Positions 38,561 to 51,075 of a DNA stretch of 64,000 nucleotides are shown here, in pieces. The notes beneath the pieces were generated by a model. It was not told the DNA's origin. It did not search any database and saw nothing but the letters and a program-made list of their open reading frames with translations. Both the position numbers and the translations under genes were made by a program. Numbering within the stretch: position 1 is the first letter of the stretch; each line of letters opens with the position of its first letter. Source of the stretch: Octopus vulgaris (taxonomy: Eukaryota); contig OX597823.1 of assembly GCA_951406725.2 (NCBI GenBank), positions 63,426,001-63,490,000 of the forward strand. The letters are read 5' to 3'.

Positions 38561-38724
38561 AGGCGCAGGAGTGGCTGTGTGGTAAGTAGCTTGCTAACCA
38601 ACCACATGGTTCCGGGTTCAGTCCCACTGCATGGCATCTTGGGCAAGTGTATTCTGCTATAGCCAGGCCGACCAATGCCTTGTGAGTGGATTTGGTAGAC
38701 GGAAATTGAAAGAAGCCTATCGTA

Positions 38725-38780
<56 letters not shown>

Positions 38781-38993
38781 TGTGTGTGTGTTTATGTGTC
38801 TGTGTTTGTCCCCCTAGCATTGCTTGACAACCGATGCTGGTGTGTTTATGTCCCCGTTACTTAGCGGTTCGGCAAAAGAGACCGATAGAATAAGTACTGG
38901 GCTTACAAAGGAATAAGTCCCGGGGTCGAGTTGCTCGATTAAAGGCGGTGCTCCAGCATGGCCGCAGTCAAATGACTGAAACAAGTAAAAGAG

Positions 38994-38996
<3 letters not shown>
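38561..38996 (+). mobile_element. Full-length SINE family B (tRNA-like head, CORE-like box, internal (TA)n/(TG)n)
   Basis: ggcgcaggagtggctgtgtggtaag A-box; gggttcagtccc B-box; tail aaaagagt. Confidence 0.88.
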
Positions 38997-39040
<44 letters not shown>

Positions 39041-39043
<3 letters not shown>

Positions 39044-39601
39044 TTGTCCGGAAAGTTCGTGCTGATTTTTAAAGGAAAGAAAAAGGTCAATTGATACTTG
39101 CCATTACATTTTTAATCAACCAAATATGAAACATTTTGTTGCACAATGCGTCTCCATCTTTCCTTTAACTTGAAAATGCCCTCTTCCCAGAATTGAGGTG
39201 GTTTCATGGCAAAGAATTCATCAAGGTATATTTTTACTTCATCCAAGGAATTGAAATTTTTATCGTTAAGACTATTCTGCAGAGACCTGAATAAGTGGAA
39301 ATCCGAAGGAGCAATATCTAGTGAATATGGAAGGTTTGGTAACACATCCCAGCCGAGCTGCAGCAATTTTTGTCTGGTTCCCAAAGCATCAAGTGCCGAA
39401 AATGAACTTTCTTATCTTCCATTTTAAAGGGCTACAGAATTAACACAGGTTATAGGAACATAAAGCTTCTTCCACGAAAAGATAGTTTAAACTGTGCTCT
39501 AAATGGTGTAGTAAAATCCTATTTTATTGACTCAACCATGTTCTAAAATAAGTCGAAAGTTAAGCTACTATAAGTCGGCACGAACTTTCCGGACAACCCA
39601 A
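39041..39601 (-). mobile_element. Internally deleted mariner element in (TA)n
   Basis: TIR ggttgtccggaaagttcgtgc; MEDKKVHFRHLM fused to C-terminal PYSLDIAPSDFHLF. Confidence 0.9.
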
Positions 39602-39625
39602 TATATATATAAATATATATATAAA

Positions 39626-39855
39626 GGCGGCGAGCTGGCAGAAACGTTAGCACGCCGGGCGAAATGCGTAGCCGTATTTCGTCTGCCGTTACGTTCTGGG
39701 TTCAAATTCCGCTGAGGTCGACTTTGCCTTTCATCCTTTCGGGGTCGATAAATTAAGTACCAGTTGCGCACTGGGGTCGATGTAATCGACTTAATTCCTT
39801 TGTCTGTCCTTGTTTGTCCCCTATGTGTTTGGCCCCTTGTGGGTAGTAAAGAAAT
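39626..39855 (+). mobile_element. Full-length SINE family A
   Basis: ggcgagctggcagaaacgttag head; gcctttcatcctttcggggtcgataaattaagtaccag core. Confidence 0.88.
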
Positions 39856-40242
39856 ATATATATATATATATATTTAGGTTATAAAATGAGATAGGGGTTG
39901 AAAATTCAACCCACCATGGGATAATATATATCCAATATACTGCCAGATAGGTACCCAACAAGATTAATACATAGATGTTAAAAATTGTCAAACAATCAGT
40001 TCATCAAATGTATTATATGGGTAAAGGTAATAATATTACCGTAAATTAATACTACAAAATTAGAGAATGGAGAAACATACTTAAATCAATAAAACATCAA
40101 CTATCCGATGATACCCAATCAATACTTTAATACACCATTACATATGAGTAGAGGCATTATACAAAAAGAGATATACATTAATAGTAAAAAGATAAAGAGA
40201 TATAAGTAAAAAATTTCAAATATAATATGCAATTAATCAAAA

Positions 40243-40350
40243 CTGACAGCTGTTTCGGCAGTGAGGGCAGTCATACCTCATTTAACCTATAAGCCATAAA
40301 GGCAGGTATAAATGAGGCATTAACAAGGATGCCCCACGGCCTCTTCAGAG
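40243..40350 (-). ncRNA. Type-I hammerhead motif with extended helix II (left arm)
   Basis: Reverse complement of 41557-41664. Confidence 0.7.
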
Positions 40351-40466
40351 AATTAAATTAAATTTGTTATAATTGTGAAAAATATTATATAATCATATAC
40401 ATATAAATATAAAAATATAAAAATGTAAAATATAAAAACTTATACATCATAATGCTACACTTATAT

Positions 40467-40753
40467 CATCATCATCATTGTTCGACCGTGGTCGAGACAA
40501 TGGAATTTACCATGTTGCGCCAGACTTCACGGTCCATCATAGCATTACGGAGGTCCTGTTGCTGGATGCCTGTATCCCTGGAGATTACATCAGGGTAGGA
40601 GAGTGTGCGCCCTCTGGTGTTGCGAGTAGATGGCTTCCAGAGGAGAAGAGTAGAAATTACTTCTTTTTCAGCTCATCCAACTAAAATGCAAATATATGGG
40701 AAATTACCACCTGTGTCATCTCTTGTGAAGGGTAGGAGAGTCCAGTTTGCTGG
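40467..40753 (-). mobile_element. RTE/RTEX-like LINE 3' end with 5' inversion, (TGA)n tail and 10-bp TSD
   Basis: Minus: AEKEVISTLLLWKP..RGR..DLRNAMMDREVW; plus: HPTKMQIYGKLPPVS..RRVQFAGH; TSD acacttatat at 40457 and 40754. Confidence 0.82.
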
Positions 40754-40994
40754 ACACTTATATAATATAATACACATTGGTACAATAAAGGAAGGTAAAC
40801 AGAACAAAATAAAACAAAATATATATCAGTGTATATATTAATATTAATATTAATAAGTACCGATATTATACATATTTGGCTAATATTTTTTTAAAAAAAA
40901 CCTAACACATAGGGAGATGAAAAATAATAATTAAAACCATGGTTCAGTTCATAAAATTCTAAAGCTATAAAAGTTAATAAAAATTACTATTAAT

Positions 40995-41073
<79 letters not shown>

Positions 41074-41146
41074 GATACAGTTAAGTTTGCACAAAGTCCA
41101 TCCTTTCAAGAACGAAATAACAATTATTATAACAATAATAACAATA

Positions 41147-41209
<63 letters not shown>

Positions 41210-41556
41210 ATTAATAGTAATTTTTATTAACTTTTATAGCTTTAGAATTTTATGAACTGAACCATGGTTTTAATTATTATTTTTCATCTCCCTATGTGTT
41301 AGGTTTTTTTAAAAAAAATATTAGCCAAATATGTATAATATCGGTACTTATTAATATTAATATTAATATATACACTGATATATATTTTGTTTTATTTTGT
41401 TCTGTTTACCTTCCTTTATTGTACCAATGTGTATTATATTATATAAGTGTAGCATTATGATGTATAAGTTTTTATATTTTACATTTTTATATTTTTATAT
41501 TTATATGTATATGATTATATAATATTTTTCACAATTATAACAAATTTAATTTAATT

Positions 41557-41664
41557 CTCTGAAGAGGCCGTGGGGCATCCTTGTTAATGCCTCATTTATA
41601 CCTGCCTTTATGGCTTATAGGTTAAATGAGGTATGACTGCCCTCACTGCCGAAACAGCTGTCAG
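41557..41664 (+). ncRNA. Type-I hammerhead motif with 85-nt branched helix II (right arm)
   Basis: CT-CTGAAGA-GGC...GCC-GAAA-CAGCTG-TC-AG; palindromic ACAGCTGT helix III; GUC triplet. Confidence 0.7.
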
Positions 41665-41854
41665 TTTTGATTAATTGCATATTATATTTGAAATTTTTTA
41701 CTTATATCTCTTTATCTTTTTACTATTAATGTATATCTCTTTTTGTATAATGCCTCTACTCATATGTAATGGTGTATTAAAGTATTGATTGGGTATCATC
41801 GGATAGTTGATGTTTTATTGATTTAAGTATGTTTCTCCATTCTCTAATTTTGTA

Positions 41855-41922
<68 letters not shown>

Positions 41923-42062
41923 TAATGATAAATCTCAGAGCGAGTTATAGGGCACAGAAAGTGTGTCTATAGCCAGCTAGATGAGGTGTCCTCCTGGGGC
42001 TACAAACTACAGTAGCATCCACCCTTAGTGGTTAGCCATATTCAAATGGCAAATATACGTCA

Positions 42063-42114
<52 letters not shown>

Positions 42115-42721
42115 GAGGAACTTACTTTCAAAACCGGTATAAGCACATATTTGGCCGATTTCATGATAACCATTAAAACACAATCTACGAGCTGCTGGCT
42201 TCACGCACGTGGAATTTTTACAGTCAAACTGTGATAAATCTTAGTCTTCTAATCAAAATGAGATATATTCAAGTTGTTGCTTTAAACAATTACTCAAATG
42301 TCATTCCGATGCATATATTTGGCTTTGAAAGTAAGCTCTTCAATGTATACACACACGCACGCACACACACACACACACACACACATACACATATACACAC
42401 GCACACAAACACACATTTTCACATATATTTATGTATGTGAGTATGTATCACCGACTAAAATCTAATTTAAACTTGAAACGGAATCAACTCAGCATATTTC
42501 ATTTTAAATATGTGAACAAGATCTTGTCAGATTCCCGGCACGTGGACAAATTCGTTTACTTCTTGTAAATACAATGTCAGAGATGAATCTCATAAATGTA
42601 TACATGCATACATACATACATGCATACATACATTCTCCACATATCCACATATCCACAAACATCCACATATCCACAAACACATATCCACATATCCACAAAC
42701 ACACGCGCCCGTATATGTGCG

Positions 42722-42792
<71 letters not shown>

Positions 42793-43383
42793 ATATGATT
42801 CATTGAAGTCAACGACCTTCCAATACTGTGTACACAAGCTTGCTCCTGCTATTTCTCATGGACATCGGGTGTTTTTGCAGCGATCATCGACACACTGCTG
42901 ATGTTGGTGCAGAAAACACAGTGGATGCGCAGAGGATTGACAGGTTTTCAACAATAGGCTAGCACAACCGGTTCAGTCAGCAAAGAACCATGGAAAGGAG
43001 AATGTAGTCCTGGTGTACTTCATTACTGGGAGTGAGTGACCACTAGTCCTTGTTAAAACATGACTCTAGGGTCGTGGTTCTCAGCCGGTTTTTTTTTTTG
43101 TATCTATCGACTCTTTTGATTCATATGTATGCAATCTTCCTCTAACTGAATTTGAAGGTATGCCTCTGAGAGGTCTAACTTTGAGAAAATTTTCCCTCCG
43201 TTTAGTTTAGCAAATACTTCTTCTGAGCTTGGTAGTGGGTAATTGTGTGTGAGTAAACAGTCGTTTAATCTGCACACACTCTTAGATAATTATTTTTTTT
43301 ACGTATACCGCCGGTGCTGCCCAGTCTGCATTGTAAATCTTTTCAATTATGTTCAGGCTTTCCAATCTTTCTAGTTCTTTATT

Positions 43384-43679
43384 GGGATCTTTTCCTTTTG
43401 AACGGCAGTTTTCAACACAATTTCTAGTTAACTAAAACACTTTTAAACTTCGTATACTGGTAGAATGTGTCAAAATAAAACATTTTTTTTTCTTGGCTTT
43501 CTTGAGAAAATTGTAATTTGTAAGTTTAACGTAGTTTAATTTTTCGAATTTTAACCAATCAATGGCCTCTATGATTTTAGCTCAATAGAGACCAGTATAG
43601 AGACCAGTATACGAAGTTTAAAAGTGTTTAGTTAACTAGAAATTGTGTTGAAAACTGTCGTTCAAAAGGAAAAGATCCC
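43384..43679. mobile_element. MITE with ~75-bp TIRs (GGGATCTTTTCCTTTTGAAC) and 6-bp TSD TTTATT
   Basis: TIRs and TSD (43378-43383 / 43680-43685) seen directly. Confidence 0.88.
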
Positions 43680-43994
43680 TTTATTGACCTGGCCTACCGC
43701 CGTTTGGACCTGAAAATAGGTGTTGAATTTTCTTTGATAGCAATCCTTTAGTTTTTGTGCAACAGCCTAAACTTGCCGAAAAACTTTTGGGAATGTTTCT
43801 TTCATTTTTTGTCTCAGTTCATCGACCTCGTTCGATCGTTTGACTGCTCCGTTTACGTTATTGCACAAAACGCTTAAGGGCATATCCCATGAATTAAATT
43901 TGTTCATGCATTCAGTGTCAAATAGATTCATGGATTTTTGAAACACATAAACATTCACTCTTTTTGTTCAATCTTTGAACATTATATTACAAAC

Positions 43995-44168
43995 GTATTT
44001 CGTCTGCCGTTACGTTCTTAGTTCAAATTCCGCCGAGGTCGACTTTGCCTTTCATCCTTTCGGGGTCGATAAATTAAGTACCAGTTAGGCACTGGGGTCG
44101 ACTTAATCCCTTTGTCTGTCCTTGTTTGTCCCCTCTATGTTTAGCCCCTTGTGGGCAATAAAGAAATA
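43995..44168 (+). mobile_element. 5'-truncated SINE family A with 12-bp TSD
   Basis: TSD tatattacaaac at 43983 and 44169. Confidence 0.88.
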
Positions 44169-45254
44169 TATATTACAAACACATTCGCCCGTGAAATAAA
44201 ATACGCTATTGTTTTTGGACTACGTAATTTTGGCTTACCCATTTGTTCCCATGTTTTCTCGTTTATGATTATGAGATCACTTCCCGTGTCTAATTGCATT
44301 CTGACACTAGTGGTTTCAATTCTCACATTCACGAATTTTCTATCTGTTGTAGTCACTACTTTTCTTGCTGACAACCTATTTATTTTTTCTTGTTTGTTCT
44401 ATTTTATATATTCTGCAACCCCGCAGCGGAAACACTTTGCATTTTTTAATATGGACTATCTTTTTTCGGGTGCATCCCACTACATGCCATACATGGGTCT
44501 ACATCTCAATATTTTTCCGGTTTTTTTTTTTTGCACTGGCCCTCTATATGAAAACACTCTTTCCGTTGGCTTTCTTCCGTGTCATGCCTTAATTTCAATA
44601 TCATGTCATACTCTTTCGACAGCCTCTGCAATGTCAAATCTTGGTTCATTTCTAGTTTTGCTAGAATATGTGTGTATATATGTTTGTTTGTATGCATGTA
44701 TGTATGTATGTATGTATACATGCATGTATGTGTGTATCCGGTTTATTACCAAAACATCCTAGACAGTTAAATTATCTAGCTCGCTATTAAACAAGATTTT
44801 TAATGCAACCATGTTTATATAATATGATTCTTCAAGATTGTTCAAGATAAATGTCTGGAAAAGGAAACCTGATCTCCACACTCCGCCATGCTACACCATT
44901 CCACACCTAACCACACACAAACTGCTTTACTAATCCCTACTTTAAACTAGCAATTCCGCAAAACCCAATCTTATATTATATTTCAATATATCTGCACTTA
45001 CTTTTGCCTTATTCCCGCTTTATCTCCAGTCGGCTTAATAATTATTTTATTTAATGGTACTTCCTGAATCATATAGGTTTATTGCACAAAAAGTAGAGAA
45101 CAGAACTTCCCAGGTTTCTCACGCCACAGAACTTTGGCACCAAATAATAGCAATGAAGTTGCAACGATTCCTTGCTTCACCAGAACAAAGTGCCAGCATT
45201 GCACATTTTTGTAATTGACTTTATAAACATGCCGACTCTAGCTCGTACTGTTTA

Positions 45255-45333
<79 letters not shown>

Positions 45334-45536
45334 GTATGTATATGTATGTATATGTATGTATGTATATATGCATGTATGCATGTATGCTTGAATGCATGCA
45401 TATGTATGTATGTGCGTGTGTGTGTGTATATGTATGTTTGTGTGTATTTGGGTGGCTTTCCGCTGGTTTGGACAATCAGGATTCCGTTATTCTATGATAG
45501 CCCTCTGCGAGTGAATTTGGTTGACGGAAACTGTGG

Positions 45537-45770
45537 GGCGACGAGCTGGCAGAAACGTTAGTACTCCGGGCGAAATGCTTAGCGGTATTTCGTCTGCCGT
45601 TACGTTCTGAGTTCAAATTCCGCCGAGATCGACTTTGCCTTTCATCCTTTCGGGGTCGATAAATTAAGTACCAGTTACGCACTGGGGTCGATGTAATCGA
45701 CTTAATCCGTTTGTCTGTCCTTGTTTGTCCCCTCTGTGTGTAGCCCCTTGTGGGTAGTGAAGAAATAGGA
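45537..45770 (+). mobile_element. Full-length SINE family A
   Basis: Matches 39626-39855. Confidence 0.88.
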
Positions 45771-45804
45771 AACTTTGGAAACCCGTTATATATATATATA
45801 TATA

Positions 45805-46703
45805 TGAGGAGGTACCCAAAAGAAACCGGAATTTTGCAATGTTATTTTATTCACTTAGTCTGTCTAACATATTTACACTTTTATCACCGTCAAAGTATTC
45901 TCCATTTAAAGCAATGCATCGGTCTAGGCGCGATTTTCACTATTCGAAGCAGTGCTGGAACTCTTTACGAAGTTATGCCTTTTAACGCCTATGTCATTTT
46001 TCTTCTTCATCTCTTTCACATCTGCAAATTCTGTAGCACCAGCTTTCATCCTCAGTGATGACCTTCGAAAAAAAAGTCCGGATCAACTTCCAGCTGTTCT
46101 TTCAGTTCACGACATGCATTCAGTCGTGACTACTTTTGATTTTCCGCGATCAAGCGAGGAACAAATTTTGCTGCAACTCTTTTCATTTGCAGTTCCTCGT
46201 TCAAAATTCGTTGACAGGAGCTCCAAAATACACCAGACATATCAACAAGTTCGTCAAATATTCGGCGACAGGCCCCAAGATCAGTTCATGAATTTTAATG
46301 ATGTTTTCCTTCGTAAGGGAGGTCGACGGTCTCCCTGAATGCGGTTTGTCTTCAAGTGACAAATGACCTTTCTTAAAGCACGGATATCATTATTAAACTT
46401 GTGTTTTGCTCATAGCTGTTTGAAGCATGACAACTGTTTCGCCCGCCGTTTTCCCCAGCAGAAAACAGAATTTCACGGAAGCGCGCTTGTCCCTTTGTTT
46501 CAGCCATCGTAAAAATCGACGAACAGGAGAAAAGCACTGCAAGACAAAGACGCATCACGTGGTTGTACTACCACAGCGAATGACGCCGGTCGACAGACTG
46601 ATGTCTGAGGCTAGCATCAAGTAACTATTTGCATCGGAAAGCCCGAACTACAACGGGCTTGTCCCACAGTGAACGTTTCCGGTTACTTTTGAGTACCCCC
46701 TCG
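45805..46703 (-). mobile_element. Degenerate, internally deleted mariner element
   Basis: TIRs gagg(a/g)ggtac(c/t)caaaag.aaccggaa with TA; frameshifted N-terminal transposase (VKFCFLLGKTAGETVVMLQTA). Confidence 0.78.
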
Positions 46704-46985
46704 TATGTGTGTGTGTGTGCGTGTGTGTTTGTATTTGTATTTATCGCCTCACACCACTTCACGATCAGCGTTGGTTTGTTTACGCATTCATATACACTTA
46801 GTGGTTCAGTAAAAGACATCGATAGAGTAAGTACCAGATTTTAATACATGAACGTAGGGTAGGGGTCGATTTGTCCGACTAACCACTTCAAGGCAGTATC
46901 CGAGCATAGTAGTAGCCCATTGACTGAAACAGATGAAAGACAAAAGATAACACGCACACACACAGACATAGACACAGACACAGAC

Positions 46986-47020
<35 letters not shown>

Positions 47021-47027
47021 CACACAC

Positions 47028-47066
<39 letters not shown>

Positions 47067-47304
47067 CATGGATAATTTCTTTACCAACGGCATGAAACAT
47101 GAGCTATCAACTCCACCCATCTAACAAGTTTCCGTTAGAATACTGTCCGAAGGCAGAGAACAAGCAACTTTCGGTAAATAAGGAATTAAATATTTAATCC
47201 TGTGCAGTAAATTCTGCAGCATTTCGTTCACTGCAATTCTATTTGTTAAATTACATGCAAACCGCACAAATTTTTGCATATGTAATACTTTCTACTTTAT
47301 TCTT

Positions 47305-47675
47305 TAGGCACAAGGTCTGATATTTTGTGACGGGGTGGGGGGTAGTCGTTTACATCAACTTCAGTGCTTGACTGGTGGTTGATTTATCGATCCCGAAAGG
47401 ATGAAAGGCAAAATCAACCACGTGGGAATTTTAGACGAAATTCCTATTTCTTTACTACCCACAAGGGGCTAAACACAGAGGAGACAAACAAGAACAGACA
47501 AACGGATTAAGTCGATTATATCTACCCCAGTGCGTAACTGGTACTTAATTTATCGACCCCTAAAGGTTGAAAGGCAAAGTCGACCTCGGCGGAATTTGAA
47601 CTCAGAACGAAACGGCAGACGAAATACGGCTAAGCATTTTGCTCGGCGTGCTAGCGAATCTGTACGCTCACCGCT
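47305..47675 (-). mobile_element. SINE family A (nested or tandem copies)
   Basis: Core motif occurs twice. Confidence 0.8.
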
Positions 47676-47710
47676 TTATTTTCATATACTACACACTGCA
47701 TACACATATT

Positions 47711-47923
47711 TAGCGGGTACTGAAAAGTCGCTGGCTTTGAGTAAAAGAAAATACAGGAGGATCAGTTAATTATGATTTTATTCAACACGTTTTCCTCTCA
47801 GATTCACACATTTATTGCAGCGATCTTTCAGTTTTTCTAAGCCCTGTAGAACTCGGAAGGTTGGGCCTCCAACCAAGCCTAACGCGATACTCTTAAAGCC
47901 AAGAACATTTCAGCACCCCTTTG
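47711..47923. mobile_element. Mariner-like MITE
   Basis: TIR ctgaaaagt..ctggcttt; same family as 57435-57634. Confidence 0.7.
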
Positions 47924-48147
47924 TATATAATGGAACAGGGAACTGATAGTGTAGCAAGCGTATATGCTCGAAATGCATAAAATGTGTGTATGTATGTGTG
48001 TATCCGTTGACACACAGGCATAAATCGAAATGTATGTAGACGGAATGCATGTAAATGGAAACGGAAATAAAATACGATACATGGTATATGTCAGTGCTTT
48101 ATGCGAATGCATACACGCACACAGATGTACTCAGTAAATTCATGCAG

Positions 48148-48237
<90 letters not shown>

Positions 48238-48240
<3 letters not shown>

Positions 48241-48428
48241 TAATCCAAACATGAAAACACAATAACGCGAGGACGTGGAACAAATATAGTATTATTGGAC
48301 GCTCAGGAAGGAAGGGAAGAAGGAGGGTTTTACGTTTCGAGCGGAGCTCTTCGTCAGAAACATAGGAAAAGGAAAGATCCAGAGAAGGGAAGACGGAGGA
48401 AAAAAATCGCTAACGGTACACACGCGGT

Positions 48429-48431
<3 letters not shown>
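48238..48431 (-). mobile_element. Solo pLTR-like module between two (TA)n arrays
   Basis: Contains a canonical hammerhead; downstream ttcctgagcg...aatac...ttccac shared with PLE pLTR 3400-3450. Confidence 0.75.
48327..48361 (-). ncRNA. Minimal type-I hammerhead ribozyme motif (35 nt)
   Basis: GTTT-CTGACGA-A-GAGC(TCC)GCTC-GAAA-C-GTA-AAAC. Confidence 0.82.
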
Positions 48432-48490
<59 letters not shown>

Positions 48491-48936
48491 TGTATGTAGT
48501 ATGTACGTATGCATATATATATGTATGTATGGTTATTCAATCTGATCTTGGTAACCAAGTAACCAAGTACAATCTCTCTCTCTTTCATGACCCGATGACC
48601 CGGAAGTTGTTACTCTTCCATTACTTTCGCAAACAGCAGTAACTTTCTTCAGTTGAATACATGTCATTACTTGGTTAAAATAACCCAAATACAACAACTT
48701 TAACACGAAACAACTTCTAAAATACAAAATATTATCAAAAACGTTTAGAGTAAATCGTGTTCTACGTGACACATTCAACCAGTATCCGAAGTTTCAAACT
48801 GTTTAGTTAAAAAATATTAATTAAAAATCTGTGACTTTAGATTGAAAAGATTGTGTGTGTATTTATTAGCTCTCTCTCTCTCTCTCTCCCGCCTCTCTCT
48901 CTGTATACATACATACATACATACATCGTACATACA

Positions 48937-48972
<36 letters not shown>

Positions 48973-48998
48973 CATAATATATATATATATATATATAT

Positions 48999-49055
<57 letters not shown>

Positions 49056-49058
<3 letters not shown>

Positions 49059-50613
49059 TCATCAACATCAGGCTGGCAGCGGCCACGATCGGTTGGTGCT
49101 TTTTACGTGCCACCGACACAGAAGCCAGTCAAGGCGGCGCTGGCATCGGCCACGTTCGGATGGTGCTGTTTACGTGCCGCCGGCACAGGTATCGTAACTA
49201 CAATTTCCATTTGATATTTATTTTGATATTGATGTACTTGACTCAATAGGTCTCCTCAAGGACAGCAGGTCACCCTACGATCCAAGGTAAGCACAGCAGG
49301 TCGTTCTGCAATCCAAGGTACTTTGGATGGGCTGGGGCTATGCGAAACTGGTGCAGGAAGCAGCCTGGGTCTTTGCAGTCACAGCATATCTCCAGAGATC
49401 TCGGTCTTTCATTATTGCCTCTGTGAGGCCCAACGTTTGAAGGTCATGCTTGACTACCTCATCCCATGTTTTCCTGGGTCTACCTCTCCACCTGATACCA
49501 TCAACTGTTTGGGAGTGGCACATCTTCACACATCTCTCCTCATCCATCCGCAGTACATGACCATACCAGCGTAAACGTCTCTCTTGCACACCACATCTGA
49601 TGCTTCTTATATCCAGTATTTCTCTCAGGGCGCTTACACTCTGTCGTGTGAGCACACTGACATCCAGCGGATCATGCTAGCTTCATTTTTTTCAAGTCTA
49701 AGCGTGTCCTCTGCAGTCACAGCCCATGTTTCACAACCGTGAAGCATGGTAGTTCGCACACATGCATCGTGCAATCTACCTTTCACTCTGAGCGAGAGAC
49801 CGTTTGTCACCAGTAGGGGTAGGGGCTTTCTAAACTTTGCCTAGGCTATTCGTATTCTAGTGGTGACACACTCTGAGCATCCACCTCCACTACTAACTTG
49901 GTCACCTAGGTAGCGGAAACTATCAACTACTTCTAGTTTCTTCCCCTGGAGTGTGATGGAATCTGTATTCTGCTCCTGTGCATCTGCGCACATGAAAGCT
50001 ATCGTCTCAGTTAATTTTCCTTTGATGTTGCTGCACCTCTTATGCGTCCATAGCTTACACCGGGTACATCTTATGGAGTTTCTACCTACACCTTTTCTAC
50101 AGATCGAGCAGGGCCACCTGCCCGAGGGTGTGTGTGATGAGTTCGCCTTTCTGCTTACTATAACTTTGGTCTTTGCTACATTTACTCTAAGGCCCTTTGA
50201 TTCTAAACCTAGCTTCCACACCGAAATTTCTTTTCTAGTTCCGGTAGTGATTCTGCTATGAGGGCCAGGTCATCAGCATAGAGGAGCTCCCAGGGGCAAC
50301 TCGTCTTGAATTCCTCTGTCATTGCCTGGAGGACTATGATGAATAGAAGGGGACTAAGGGCTGAACCTTGGTGGACCCTACTCCTACCCGGAATTCTTCA
50401 CTATACTCGTTGCCAATCCTAACCTTACTAACGGCCTCTCTCTATAGGGCCTGTACAGCCCTTATCAACCATTCGTCAATCTCCAGTTTCCGCATTACCC
50501 ACCAGATAAGGGATCGGAGGACCCTGTCAAAGGCTTTCTCCAAGTCCACAAAAGCTATGTAGAGGGGTTTATCTTTAGCTAGGTATTTCTCCTGCAATTG
50601 TCGAACCAGGAAT

Positions 50614-50615
<2 letters not shown>
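49056..50615 (-). mobile_element. RTE-clade LINE, 5'-truncated at (TA)n, RT followed by a PHD-like finger
   Basis: RQLQEKY, FVDLEKAFDRV, GVHQGSALSP, LYADD, FRYLG, RRLRWYGHV, GRPRKTW; (TGA)n tail. Confidence 0.92.
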
Positions 50616-50682
<67 letters not shown>

Positions 50683-50684
<2 letters not shown>

Positions 50685-51075
50685 TGAAAAGGAACACACG
50701 AGTTGATATATATGAAAAAACAAGTCAAAATAGAAAATGCTAAATTAATTTTATAAAGAACCTGTATTTGTCGGCATTTTCTGTATCTCGTGTGGGTTAA
50801 TGATATGTATAAGGGTGAAAAGGAACACACGAGTTGATATATATGAAAAAGCAAGTCAAAATAGAAAATGCTAAATTAATTTTATAAAGAACCTATTTTT
50901 GTCGGCATTTTCTGTATCTCGTGTGGGTTAATGATATGTATAAGGGTGAAAAGGAACACACGAGTTGATATATATGAAAAAACAAGTCAAAATAGAAAAT
51001 GCTAAATTAATTTTATAAAGAACCTGTTTTTGTCGGCATTTTCTGTATCTCGTGTGGGTTAATGATATGTATAAG
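50683..51075. repeat. 3 x 131-bp tandem repeat, each containing an inverted copy of 51276-51332
   Basis: Units start at 50683, 50814 and 50945. Confidence 0.9.

Larger units (their letters stand above)
39874..41858. mobile_element. Large head-to-head inverted duplication (~650-bp unique arms) of an AT-rich hammerhead-bearing module, inside (TA)n
   Basis: 40049-41071 mirrors 41147-41858 essentially base for base apart from a LINE insertion; centre is (AAT)n-75 bp-(TTA)n. Confidence 0.88.
43130..44670 (-). mobile_element. Ty3/Gypsy gag-protease-RT fragment with nested MITE and SINE
   Basis: AKCFRCG knuckle; MQLDTGSD protease; YPLPSSEEVFAKLNGGKIFSKLDLSEAYLQI RT. Confidence 0.85.

Noticed and set aside
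38561-38635. tRNA genes at SINE heads (also 24555, 39626, 55697, 56921, 32065)
   Set aside because: A/B boxes are present but there is no complete cloverleaf; most are followed by SINE core sequence
42800-43020. Non-repetitive-looking segment as a host exon
   Set aside because: Minus strand resembles a heavily decayed RTE RT region (EK.QEQ..YTV) with stops
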